A stretch of 33,158 nt of DNA from Candidatus Krumholzibacteriia bacterium (GTDB taxonomy: Bacteria; Krumholzibacteriota; Krumholzibacteriia; LZORAL124-64-63): assembly GCA_046484865.1 (NCBI GenBank), contig JAWOID010000057.1, positions 1-33,158 on the forward strand. The letters run 5' to 3'. Positions 1-8,234 of this stretch are shown piece by piece; the stretch's first letter is position 1, and each line of letters starts with the position of its first letter. The position numbers and the translations under genes are program-made. Below the pieces are notes generated by a model, which had not been told where the DNA came from, did no database searches, and saw nothing but the letters and a program-made list of their open reading frames with translations.

Positions 1-286
1 CACGGGCGATCTGGCGATTGCAGGAGCAGGAGAGCAGCCGCATGAACACCCGTTTCAGACGCTCGGGGTGCTTCAGCCAGTAGGTATTCGAGAAGGTCTG
101 TCGACTGAAGGAGCGTCCACAGACCTTGCAGCGATACCTCGGTATAGGCTTCGGATTGCACAGGGAGGTGTAGTAGCCCATGCGCCGGAAATCGTCCCGG
201 CCGACGAACCCTTTATGCCTGTTGCAGTTGGAATTTGGGCAAAAGGGAGGCTGCCACTCGCGGGGAACCTGATGGTAGTGCCTCAT
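1..286 (-). mobile_element. 5' part of putative transposase (Zn ribbon + HTH, IS1/IS1595-like architecture), truncated by window edge
   Basis: Manual translation from ATG at 286: [26 protein letters not shown]...PRYRCKVCGRSFSRQTFSNTYWLKHPERLKRVFMRLLSCSCNRQIAR, open to base 1. Has CPxxxC...CxxC Zn ribbon followed by an RQIAR HTH start; locally lower GC than the rest of the window. The catalytic domain is not visible. Confidence 0.6.
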
Positions 287-398
287 GCCTTCCATCAGGC
301 ATCTTTCGCGCCAAGCACAACAGTCGATCCATAACGGAAACAATTTGCGTGGAACGACGGTTAATCTGGCGGCGACACCTCTGTCCCGGGAATGGACC

Positions 399-968
399 AT
401 GGATCGCAAGCTCCCCCGCTCCTTCTACGACCGCGACACCGTGACCGTGGCGCGTGACCTGCTCGGCAAGCTGCTGGTGCGGCGGCAGGACGGCGCAATG
501 CGGGTGGGGCGCATCGTCGAGACGGAGGCCTACCTCGGGCCGCACGACCGCGCCGCGCATTCGGCGCGCGGTCTCACTCCGCGTACCCGCCCCATGTTCG
601 GCCCGCCCGGTCACGCCTACGTCTACCTGATCTACGGCATGCACTCGTGCATGAACGTGGTGACGGAGCGCGAAGGCCAGGCCGCGGCCGTGCTCCTGAG
701 GGCGCTGGAGCCGTTCGAGAACGTGGAGGGCCGCACGTCGGGACCGGGACTGCTGTGCCGCGCCATGGGAATCGACCGCAGCCTCAGCGGACACGACCTC
801 CTGGGCGATCAGCTCTTCATCGCCGCGCCGCCTGCCGGCGATCCGGTGGCGAACCGGTCCTTCACGATCGTCAGGCGCCCGCGGGTGGGCGTGGCCTACG
901 CCGGTCACTGGGCCCGCCGTCTGCTGCGCTTCTACATCAAAGGCAATCCCCACGTCTCGCGTCCGTGA
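399..968 (+). CDS. mpg: DNA-3-methyladenine glycosylase (MPG/AAG family)
   Basis: Motifs [62 protein letters not shown]; start set at ATG 399. Confidence 0.95.
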   Translation: MDRKLPRSFYDRDTVTVARDLLGKLLVRRQDGAMRVGRIVETEAYLGPHDRAAHSARGLTPRTRPMFGPPGHAYVYLIYGMHSCMNVVTEREGQAAAVLLRALEPFENVEGRTSGPGLLCRAMGIDRSLSGHDLLGDQLFIAAPPAGDPVANRSFTIVRRPRVGVAYAGHWARRLLRFYIKGNPHVSRP

Positions 969-1098
969 TGCGAGCGGCGCCGGGCAGGGTCGAGACGGTC
1001 CATTGACGGTGCGCTGCAGCGGCCCGATCCTGAGGACGGTGGAACCAGTGTCTTGCTCGGGGGCGCGACAGCGATCCAGACCGATGACGGAGGTGGAG

Positions 1099-1728
1099 AT
1101 GTCGATCTGCAGGTCCGGACGAGGCCCCGGAGCGGCGGACGCCGCCAGCCGAGGACAGCGGGTGCTGTCCCGGGCGCTCCTGCTGATCCTGATGGCTGCG
1201 CTCGCTGCGACGGCGGCGCTGGCGGCGGCCGCCGGTTGCGGGAACGAGGACCAGCAGCGGCAAGCCGTCGAGGCCACCGAGGCGGTCCAGTCGGCCGCCG
1301 GTCCCGAACCGCACCTGGCGCCGGCGCCGGGGCCGCCGGACGGGCCGGCAGGCGAAGACGGGTTCGAGGACGAGCGCATCACCGGAGATCTCGGCGATCG
1401 CCGGTTCGTGCTGCGAGCCTGGAACGGCGAAGAGGCAGCGCCGGCCTCGACCGAGATCACGCTGGCGCTTCGCGACGGCCGTCTCGCCGGTCACTCCGGC
1501 TGCAACGAGTACGTCGCCGTGGTGAAGTCCGGGACCGAGCCTGGTCGTCTCCGGGTGGACAGTGTGGCCACCACGAAGAAAGCGTGCCCGGAGCCGCAGA
1601 TGGCGGCGGAAACCAGGTTCCTGGAGCAGCTCGAGCAGGTGCATGGATACGAGTTGCGGGGCGATCGGCTGCTGCTGCACTTCGGGCCGGCCGATTCGCC
1701 CGGCACGATGGAGTTCGTGTCGCCTTGA
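1099..1728 (+). CDS. META (HslJ-like) domain lipoprotein
   Basis: GGAGG before ATG 1099; hydrophobic signal ending AAAGC (lipobox); GHSGCNEY...TTKKACP...ETRFLEQL META motifs. Confidence 0.8.
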   Translation: MSICRSGRGPGAADAASRGQRVLSRALLLILMAALAATAALAAAAGCGNEDQQRQAVEATEAVQSAAGPEPHLAPAPGPPDGPAGEDGFEDERITGDLGDRRFVLRAWNGEEAAPASTEITLALRDGRLAGHSGCNEYVAVVKSGTEPGRLRVDSVATTKKACPEPQMAAETRFLEQLEQVHGYELRGDRLLLHFGPADSPGTMEFVSP

Positions 1729-1850
1729 CCTGCGGTTCTGGTGCATGACGGGGCGGCCGGCCGGTCGCCGGCGGATGGAGAGTCGGTCAGGTTTCGAGCC
1801 TGCCATCATTCCCACCGGATTGTGATGGGCGGCGAACGCCGGAGTCCTCG

Positions 1851-2762
1851 TCAGCGCGATTCCCGGCGGTCGACCGCGGCTTCCACCCCCGGCGACTCCA
1901 CGCCGAGCCTCTCGGCGAGCGCCCGGGCATTCCGCGGCGCATGAGCGTGGTGATCGTTGTCGAAGTAGACGTAGACGGTCCGGTGCTTCCGCCTCGGCGG
2001 CCGGCGGTCGGTGACCCGCCGCGGACGAGGCGGCTCGTCGCCCGCCGCCCATCTGCGGACCTTGTGGGCCCAGTCGTCGAGGGCGGCCCCGGAGTAGCTG
2101 CTCGCATAGGTGCGCGGCGAGCCGTGCAGACGCACGTAGACGAAGCCGGCGGTGATCTCCTCCACGTAGGGCCAGTCGCCGCTGTCGGCGAAGACCAGCG
2201 CCACGCCGTGCCGCCGGCAGAGCCGCACCACCTCGGCGGTGAGGAAATGTTCGCTCCGGAACTCCAGCGCGTGACGGATGCGCCGGCGCCGGTGAACGGC
2301 CAGGGACGACCTGCCCTTCACCCGGTCGTCGTGCTTCCGCGCGAGCTTCGCCGCCTCCTCCGTGTCGCGGGGCAGCAGTTCCAGGAAGCTCTCCACTCGT
2401 GCCACTTCCCATGCCATCTCCGGGAACTGCCAGAGCAGGGGCCCCAGCTTGTCCTCCAGGCGCAGCACGCCCGAGGCGAGGAAGTTGGCCAGGGGTGTCT
2501 CCACGTTCCTGAGCTTCTTCGCGTGCGTGATGAACCGGCTGCCCTTCACCGCGTAGAGGAATCCGTCCGGTGCGGTGTCGCGATAGTTCTCGTAGGTCTG
2601 CGGGGTGAGCAGGGAATAGAAGGATCCGTTGATCTCCACGGAGTTGAACCGACGCGTGAGGTACTCCAGCTCGCGGCGGCGCGGCAGGCCTTCCGGAAAG
2701 AAGGCGCCGTTCCGCCAGGAATCGTAGCTCCAGCCCGATACGCCGACGTGCACCTGGGCCAT
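1851..2762 (-). CDS. DUF72 (YecE-like) protein
   Basis: VGVSGWSY, FNSVEINGSFY, AVKGSRFITH, LGPLLWQFP, ALEFRS, YVRLHG, YVYFDND. Confidence 0.93.
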   Translation of the reverse strand: MAQVHVGVSGWSYDSWRNGAFFPEGLPRRRELEYLTRRFNSVEINGSFYSLLTPQTYENYRDTAPDGFLYAVKGSRFITHAKKLRNVETPLANFLASGVLRLEDKLGPLLWQFPEMAWEVARVESFLELLPRDTEEAAKLARKHDDRVKGRSSLAVHRRRRIRHALEFRSEHFLTAEVVRLCRRHGVALVFADSGDWPYVEEITAGFVYVRLHGSPRTYASSYSGAALDDWAHKVRRWAAGDEPPRPRRVTDRRPPRRKHRTVYVYFDNDHHAHAPRNARALAERLGVESPGVEAAVDRRESR

Positions 2763-2790
2763 GGTTGTTCCTCGGAACCTCGCCGGTGGC

Positions 2791-2880
2791 TATCAGTCCG
2801 GTCGCGACTGGCACGACGGGCAGTGATAACCACGTTATCAGTCCGGTCGCGACTGGCACGACGGGCAGTGATAACCACGT
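2791..2880. repeat. Perfect tandem duplication, 2 x 45 bp
   Basis: TATCAGTCCGGTCGCGACTGGCACGACGGGCAGTGATAACCACGT at 2791-2835 and 2836-2880. Confidence 0.97.
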
Positions 2881-3626
2881 CGTCCGCCCACCGTGATGGC
2901 CTTCACCTGGCCCTTGCAGCGCGGGCAGGGGCGGCCCGGCTCGCGATGGTGCAGGAGCCAGGTCTGCGGCATGCGACGGGGGTCGGTACGACCCTGGATG
3001 GCTCGCTTCAAGATGCGCTGCATCGTGCGGTGCAGCCTCCGCAGGCGCTCGCCCTCCAGCCGATTCACGCGCGAGCCGGGGTGAAGCTTCGCCTGGAACA
3101 GCGCCTCGTCGGTGTAGACGTTGCCGAGGCCGGCCAGAACTTCCTGGTTCATCAGGGTGCTCTTGAGCGCCCCCGACCGTTCTGCGAGGCGCTGCACGAA
3201 CTCGTCGGCGCCGATCACCAGCGCATCCGGCCCCAGCCCGCGGTCGGCGACGAAACTCTCCGGACCGTCCGCGAGGTCGACCGCACCGAGCAGCCGCTGG
3301 CAGGAGTAGCCGAGCCGCCATTCGTCGTCGAGGTCGAGGCGCAGCCGTTCGTGAGCCGGCGCTTCGTCGTCCTCCCGGTAATGGTGGAGAAAACCCGTCA
3401 TGCCGAAGTGCAGCGCCAGCCAGCGACCGCCCTTGAGTTGCGCGAGCAGGTGCTTGCCGTGCCGCCGGGAGCCGGCGATGCGCCGGCCGGTGAGAGCCTC
3501 GCGGATGGTCGATGGGCTCTTCTTCAGCACCCGGGTGCGCGGGACGCGGGCATGGCGGATCCGGCGGCCGGCCGCGACCCGGTCGAAGGTACGCTTGAAC
3601 AGCTCGACGTCCGGCAGTTCGGGCAT
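2838..3626 (-). CDS. Fpg/Nei family DNA glycosylase/AP lyase
   Basis: N-terminal MPELPDVE, RHGKHL, LHFGMTG, H2TH (LMNQEVLAGLGNVYTDEALF), C-terminal Zn finger CPRC...CPSCQ. Confidence 0.95.
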   Translation of the reverse strand: MPELPDVELFKRTFDRVAAGRRIRHARVPRTRVLKKSPSTIREALTGRRIAGSRRHGKHLLAQLKGGRWLALHFGMTGFLHHYREDDEAPAHERLRLDLDDEWRLGYSCQRLLGAVDLADGPESFVADRGLGPDALVIGADEFVQRLAERSGALKSTLMNQEVLAGLGNVYTDEALFQAKLHPGSRVNRLEGERLRRLHRTMQRILKRAIQGRTDPRRMPQTWLLHHREPGRPCPRCKGQVKAITVGGRRGYHCPSCQSRPD

Positions 3627-3777
3627 CGTGACTCCTGTGCCTTCCAGGCGAGCGCCATCCGGTCACGACACACGCTAGCGGCGGAGAGCACGAACTCAAA
3701 CGATGCTGCGGGATCTGGGGCCGTACCCCACGCCGCCGATGGCAGCGGCGGCCGGCGAGTCGCCAGAGCTCGGCCGC

Positions 3778-4959
3778 TCATCGGCCCAGACCTCCGTCGG
3801 TCACCAGGTAGGTGGCGAAGCTGCCCAGCCAGTGTCCGCCGGCGTAATGCTCTCCCGTGACCGCGGCGAGGCCGGCGGCGGCGTGCGCGGTGGCGGCATG
3901 TTGCAGGGCGGCGCGGCGATCGTCGTCCGCCGGCAGCCCCGACGCGATGCCTTCCAGCATCCAGGCCCGCGACAGGTTCAGACCGTCCAGGTGCGCCAGC
4001 TTGCCGTCGCTGCGGTCGGTGACCTCGGCCACGGGCAGCCAGTCCGCCGCGTCCTCGCTGGGAATCAGCGGCAGGAAAGCGTCGAGCCACCGCGCGAATT
4101 CCGCCGGCGGCAGTAGCCGCCGCATGAGGTCTGCCTCGGCCAGACAGGGGGAGAGGAAATCCTGGCCGCCGGGCTCGTAGTCGAGGGGGCAGGAACGATC
4201 CTCCAGGTGATAGAAGCGTGCTCGCTCCTCCACCAGCCGTGCCATGGCCGTGTCGCCCGCGGTCGTCGCCCAGTCGTGCACCAGCCCCAGGGCGAACGCG
4301 GTCTGGCTGTGCTCACCGGTGCGGATGGGGTAGCGGAGCTTGGGTAGCCACTCCCGCAGCCGCGCGGCCGCGGCGTTCTCCAGTGGTCGCAGCTCGGCCG
4401 ACCACCGCGCCGGCGCTCCTCCCTCGTCCGCAGCCCACTCGCGCAGCTCGGCGGCGAGTTGCAGCAGCCAGGCCAATCCGTAGGGGCGCTCCCACGAGGC
4501 GCGATCTTCGCCCTGCAGGTAGGCCTCCTCGGCGGCGATCCGCGGTCCGGTAAGGCTCGCCGCCAGGGCGGCCCGTGCCGAGTCGGCGAACGCCGCCCGC
4601 GGATGCAGACGCGCCAGCCGGGCCAGCAGCCAGTGGCCATGCACCGCCGAGTGCCAGTCGAAGCAGCCGTAGAACGCAGGCGTCAGTTCCCTCGGCGGCG
4701 CCACGTCGGCGTCCGACTGCATCACGTGCGCGATCTTGTTGGGGTATTCCTGGTGCACGCAGTCGAGGGCCAGCCGCGCGAACCGCGCCACCGCCGCGTC
4801 GTCCATGTGTGCCACCGCCGCGTCGTCCAGGTCCTCCACCGCCGTCCCGCCCGCCAGGGCAGGCGTGGCGACCGCAAGGAGCACTCCGGCGAACACCGCG
4901 AACACTGCGAACACGGCGAGCCCGGCAAGAGCCGTCGGAGTGGCGATCCGTTCATTCAT
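3778..4959 (-). CDS. DUF2891 family secreted protein
   Basis: Signal-like N-terminus; EYPNKIAH, PAFYGCFDWHSAVHGHW, WERPYGLAWLL, IRTGEHSQTAF, HLDGLNLSRAW, HYAGGHWLGSFA. Confidence 0.88.
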   Translation of the reverse strand: MNERIATPTALAGLAVFAVFAVFAGVLLAVATPALAGGTAVEDLDDAAVAHMDDAAVARFARLALDCVHQEYPNKIAHVMQSDADVAPPRELTPAFYGCFDWHSAVHGHWLLARLARLHPRAAFADSARAALAASLTGPRIAAEEAYLQGEDRASWERPYGLAWLLQLAAELREWAADEGGAPARWSAELRPLENAAAARLREWLPKLRYPIRTGEHSQTAFALGLVHDWATTAGDTAMARLVEERARFYHLEDRSCPLDYEPGGQDFLSPCLAEADLMRRLLPPAEFARWLDAFLPLIPSEDAADWLPVAEVTDRSDGKLAHLDGLNLSRAWMLEGIASGLPADDDRRAALQHAATAHAAAGLAAVTGEHYAGGHWLGSFATYLVTDGGLGR

Positions 4960-5041
4960 GATGCAACCCCCCTGCCTGAGTCGTCGTAAGCCAGTCGATG
5001 ATGTCGCGGAAATACCCCTCGCGCCAGAAAGGATCGGCACC

Positions 5042-6229
5042 ATGACGACCTCCCGCCGCCAGTTTCTCCAGATCTCGGGTACCGCCTGCGGCCTCGCTGC
5101 CGCCGGAGCGGCGGGAGCCCTCGGCGCTGGTCTGCTCGTCCCGGCTCGCGCTCGCGCGCAGGGGCTGGCGCTCCAGTGGAGCAAGCCGCAGGTCGAGCCC
5201 GCTGGCAAGAAGCTGCGCATCCTCTTCCTGGGCGGCACCCGCTTCATCGGACCGCACCAGGTGGAGTACGCGCTGGCCCGCGGTCACGAGGTCACCCTCT
5301 TCAACCGGGGCAAGTCGAACCCGCACCTCTTTCCGGACGTGGAGAAGCTCCAGGGCGACCGCAGCGAGGGCGACTACGAGGCACTGAAGGGAAGGACCTG
5401 GGACGCGGTGATCGACAACTCCGCCCACATCGTGCGCTGGATGCGGGACACGGGCGAGTTGCTGAAGGACAGCGTGGGACAGTTCGAGTTCATCTCGTCC
5501 ACCGGCGTCTATCATCCCTACCTCGACCAGGGCATCGACGAGAACGGTCCCCTCGCCACCGTCGAGGATCCCGCCTCCGAGGACATCGACCGGGATTTCG
5601 CCGGGCTCAAGGTGCTCTGCGAGCAGGAGGCCGAACGCTGGTTCCCCGGACGCACCACCGTCATCCGGCCGCACCTGATCGTGGGCCCCGGCGACGTCTC
5701 CGACCGCTTCACCTACTGGCCGGCTCGCATCGCCCGCGGCGGCGAGGTGATGGCACCCGGCAATCCGGACGATCCGGTGCAGATCATCGACGTGCGAGAC
5801 CTGGCCGCCTTCTGCGTGCACGTGCTCGAGCAGGGGCACACCGGAGCCTTCAACGCCGGCGGGCCGCTCGCGCCGCTCACCATCGGCGGCATGCTCCACG
5901 GCATTCGCGCAACGGTGAGCAACGACATCTCGTTCACGTGGGTGCCGGCGGATTTCCTGTCGCGGCACGAGGTGCGTCCATGGTCGCAGATGACCGTCTG
6001 GATCCCCCCCGAGGGCGACTATCTCGGCATGTGCACGATCGACAGCAGCAAGGCCGTCCGCCATGGCCTGACGTATCGACCCCTGGCCGATACGTCGCGC
6101 GACACCCTCGCCTGGTGGAGCCTGCAGTCAGATGAGAAGCGGATGAAGCCGCGCATGGGCTGTCCGCCCGAACTCGAGGAGAAAGTGCTGGCAGCTTGGC
6201 ACGCCCACGGCGCGGCCGATCAGGGCTAG
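5042..6229 (+). CDS. Tat-exported NAD-dependent epimerase/dehydratase (extended SDR)
   Basis: SRRQFL twin-arginine signal; ILFLGGTRFIG Rossmann motif; VTLFNRG; VIRPHLIVGPGD; QIIDVRDLA. Confidence 0.9.
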   Translation: MTTSRRQFLQISGTACGLAAAGAAGALGAGLLVPARARAQGLALQWSKPQVEPAGKKLRILFLGGTRFIGPHQVEYALARGHEVTLFNRGKSNPHLFPDVEKLQGDRSEGDYEALKGRTWDAVIDNSAHIVRWMRDTGELLKDSVGQFEFISSTGVYHPYLDQGIDENGPLATVEDPASEDIDRDFAGLKVLCEQEAERWFPGRTTVIRPHLIVGPGDVSDRFTYWPARIARGGEVMAPGNPDDPVQIIDVRDLAAFCVHVLEQGHTGAFNAGGPLAPLTIGGMLHGIRATVSNDISFTWVPADFLSRHEVRPWSQMTVWIPPEGDYLGMCTIDSSKAVRHGLTYRPLADTSRDTLAWWSLQSDEKRMKPRMGCPPELEEKVLAAWHAHGAADQG

Positions 6230-6280
6230 CCTGACCGGGTTCAGGTCCCTGTCGCACACGCCGTCGGCCCGGCACGCCGG

Positions 6281-6922
6281 TCAGGAACTCGGTCCGGTGG
6301 CGCGCGGCGCCGACGCCGGCCGCACCGGGGCGAGCAGAGCGTGCAGCGCCGCGTCGGACAGCTCGGCTTCCCCGCCGTCGTCTCGGGCGGCGAAGGCCGT
6401 CACCAGGACCACCGCCGAGTCGGTCACGGTATGCAGGTTGTACCAGGCAGGGTGTCCCGCCTCGGTCCGCCGGAGCATGCAGGCGTGCCAGGTGCGGCCG
6501 CGGTCCTCGAGCGACCGGCAGTCGCGCTCGGCGTAGGCGGCGAAGTAGTCCTGCAGCGGCGCGCGGAGGCCACGGCGACGATCGATGGCCGCCCGGATCC
6601 TCTCGCGGAACGCCTGCTCCACCGCGCCGGCGAAGGCATCGGCGGCGGGATCGTCGGTTCCGGCGGTCGCCGCGATCGTCGTGCGGGGGAAGACGAGCAC
6701 GTTGGCCCGGCGCACCCGTCCCGGCCCGGTACGCACCAGTTCGTAGCCGGCGTGGGGGTGCAGGACCACCAGCCAGCCTTCAGGTCTCACCAGCTCGAGG
6801 CCCTCGGTCAGCGGCACTTCGTCCAGGGAGAAGTCCTCGCCGCACCCGGCGCCGGCCAGCAGCGCCAGCGTCCCCGCCACCACCGCCGCGACGACCACCC
6901 CCAGCGCAGATCGGCGGCGCAT
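6281..6922 (-). CDS. Hypothetical lipoprotein
   Basis: MRRRS + hydrophobic stretch + AGAGC lipobox; GGGGGAG upstream; start could be GTG at 6925. Confidence 0.65.
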   Translation of the reverse strand: MRRRSALGVVVAAVVAGTLALLAGAGCGEDFSLDEVPLTEGLELVRPEGWLVVLHPHAGYELVRTGPGRVRRANVLVFPRTTIAATAGTDDPAADAFAGAVEQAFRERIRAAIDRRRGLRAPLQDYFAAYAERDCRSLEDRGRTWHACMLRRTEAGHPAWYNLHTVTDSAVVLVTAFAARDDGGEAELSDAALHALLAPVRPASAPRATGPSS

Positions 6923-7740
6923 CACGGGGATGTCTCCCCCATGCGGTTCGCTTCCGGTCCTGGCGCAGGCGATGCGGGCACCCTGGACCAGTTCGTCGAT
7001 CGCAACCGGCAAGCGCCGGCGGCACCGGCAGACGTCCTGTGCGCCAGGACATGCGGGGGATCGTCGCACAGGCTGCTCCCGGTCAGTGCGCCCGCCGCCG
7101 GGCGCGCCCGATCGCGGTCTTCCCGCCTCTGGGCCCATCGTTCCAGCCGTGATCGCGTCTTCGCTCGTCGTGACAGCATCGTCGCCGGTCGCACGGACAG
7201 GTGCAAGCCCCGGCATCGGACTGAAGCGGATCGCCGCCGGGAGCCGCGCAGCGGGCGATCCGGCGCCGCCAGGGATATCCCCAGCTTTCTTCTCCAGCGC
7301 CCTGCGCGACATTTGTCCGCGACGATCGCTAGCAGTGAAGCAGGATCTGGATCGACCGACACCTCGCTCGACATCCACATCTGGGCCCGCCGCTGCTGCG
7401 CCGCGACTCCGGGGCACCAGACCGGGTGTTGGGGGGGGCTTTCCACGCTCGTGCTGGGCCCCGGGGCTCGTGGATATTCGACGGGAACGGCGCGCCTACC
7501 GCACCTCGAAGACGGACGATGAACCTGGCGCGAAGCGTTGGACCTGGCGCAAGGACGTTCGATTCCTGCGTCCCTGGTCCTGCGGCCCTGGCCGTCGGAT
7601 CGGGATCGCGAGCGGCGGGCGGATTCCGGTAAACCCCGCCTAGGGTTACTCCCAGCGGAATATCCGGATCTAAACCGGACGAATGGAGTAGAACAAGGCA
7701 GTCGGAGGAATCAGGAGGAAGCAGGCGGAAGCTGCTCGCA

Positions 7741-8064
7741 GCGAGGAGCCACAGCTGACCGCCCCAGGGACCGATCCCCTATCCCCCCGGTCCCAATGCA
7801 CTGGACGTCCCTCCCACGATCCCCCAATGTCCGGTGCGGGGCGGTCTGCTCTGGCTCCCTCGCGAAAGACGCAGAAACGCAAGGGCTTCAAGGACTTCCG
7901 GGCGAGCAAGTTCCGGCTCCACCCGGGCCGCTGAAAGTCCCGGAAGTCGCCGCTGAAAAACCCGGACGTCGTCACCGGCGGCCGGGGGGCTGAACATAGA
8001 AACGCGACTTCCGGGTCGATACGCCGCGGGTTCCTGCAGGGAGGCAGGGGCCCGCGGTTCTTTT
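7741..8064 (+). ncRNA. Candidate structured ncRNA of unknown family (5' end uncertain, may extend to ~7440)
   Basis: Three-way junction 7741-7863 with two C-rich loops, alternative helices 7893-8015, terminator 8024-8064; G-U pairs work only on the + strand; no convincing ORF. Confidence 0.5.
8024..8064 (+). terminator. Intrinsic terminator
   Basis: 14-bp stem CCGCGGGTTCCTGC / GCAGGGGCCCGCGG (2 G-U), loop AGGGAG, followed by TTCTTTT. Confidence 0.7.
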
Positions 8065-8203
8065 GGTTCGTGCGGGTCGCTCCCGCCGCCGCCTCCGTCG
8101 AAGGTTCCGCCGACGTCGCGTCGGGAGATCGTAGGAAGGGGGTGCTCCATTGTCCATGAGAGCATCCCCCAACCGTGAGTCCACGCAGAATTCGACGAGA
8201 TCG

Positions 8204-8234
8204 TGTCCGCCCCCGCGCCGTCCGGGGGCGGACA
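8204..8234 (-). terminator. GC-rich hairpin downstream of the dehydrogenase stop codon
   Basis: Perfect 12-bp inverted repeat TGTCCGCCCCCG / CGGGGGCGGACA about 18 bp after the stop at 8253; no U-tract. Confidence 0.5.

Noticed and set aside
937..3699. Very long alternative-frame ORFs (e.g. 937-3699, 7972-10650, 8175-11015, 28305-30344, N-terminal extensions of 15181-18279 and 16038-19208)
   Set aside because: Arg/Pro/Ala-rich shadow ORFs overlapping well-supported genes, expected in high-GC DNA
6960..6976. sigma54-like GG-N10-GC (CTGGCGCAGGCGATGC)
   Set aside because: Deviates from TGGCAC-N5-TTGC, is common by chance at this GC content, and is explained by the inverted repeat
7550..7580. 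GTTCGATTCC T-loop-like motif suggesting a tRNA
   Set aside because: Flanks do not form a T-stem or cloverleaf
7463..7923. tmRNA look-alike: GGGGCTCGTGGATATTCGACGGG at 7463 and CCGGCTCCACC at ~7913-7923
   Set aside because: No T-arm (GGTTCRAxTCC) before the putative 3' end, no CCA, and no recognisable tag peptide; ARAGORN/cmscan would settle it
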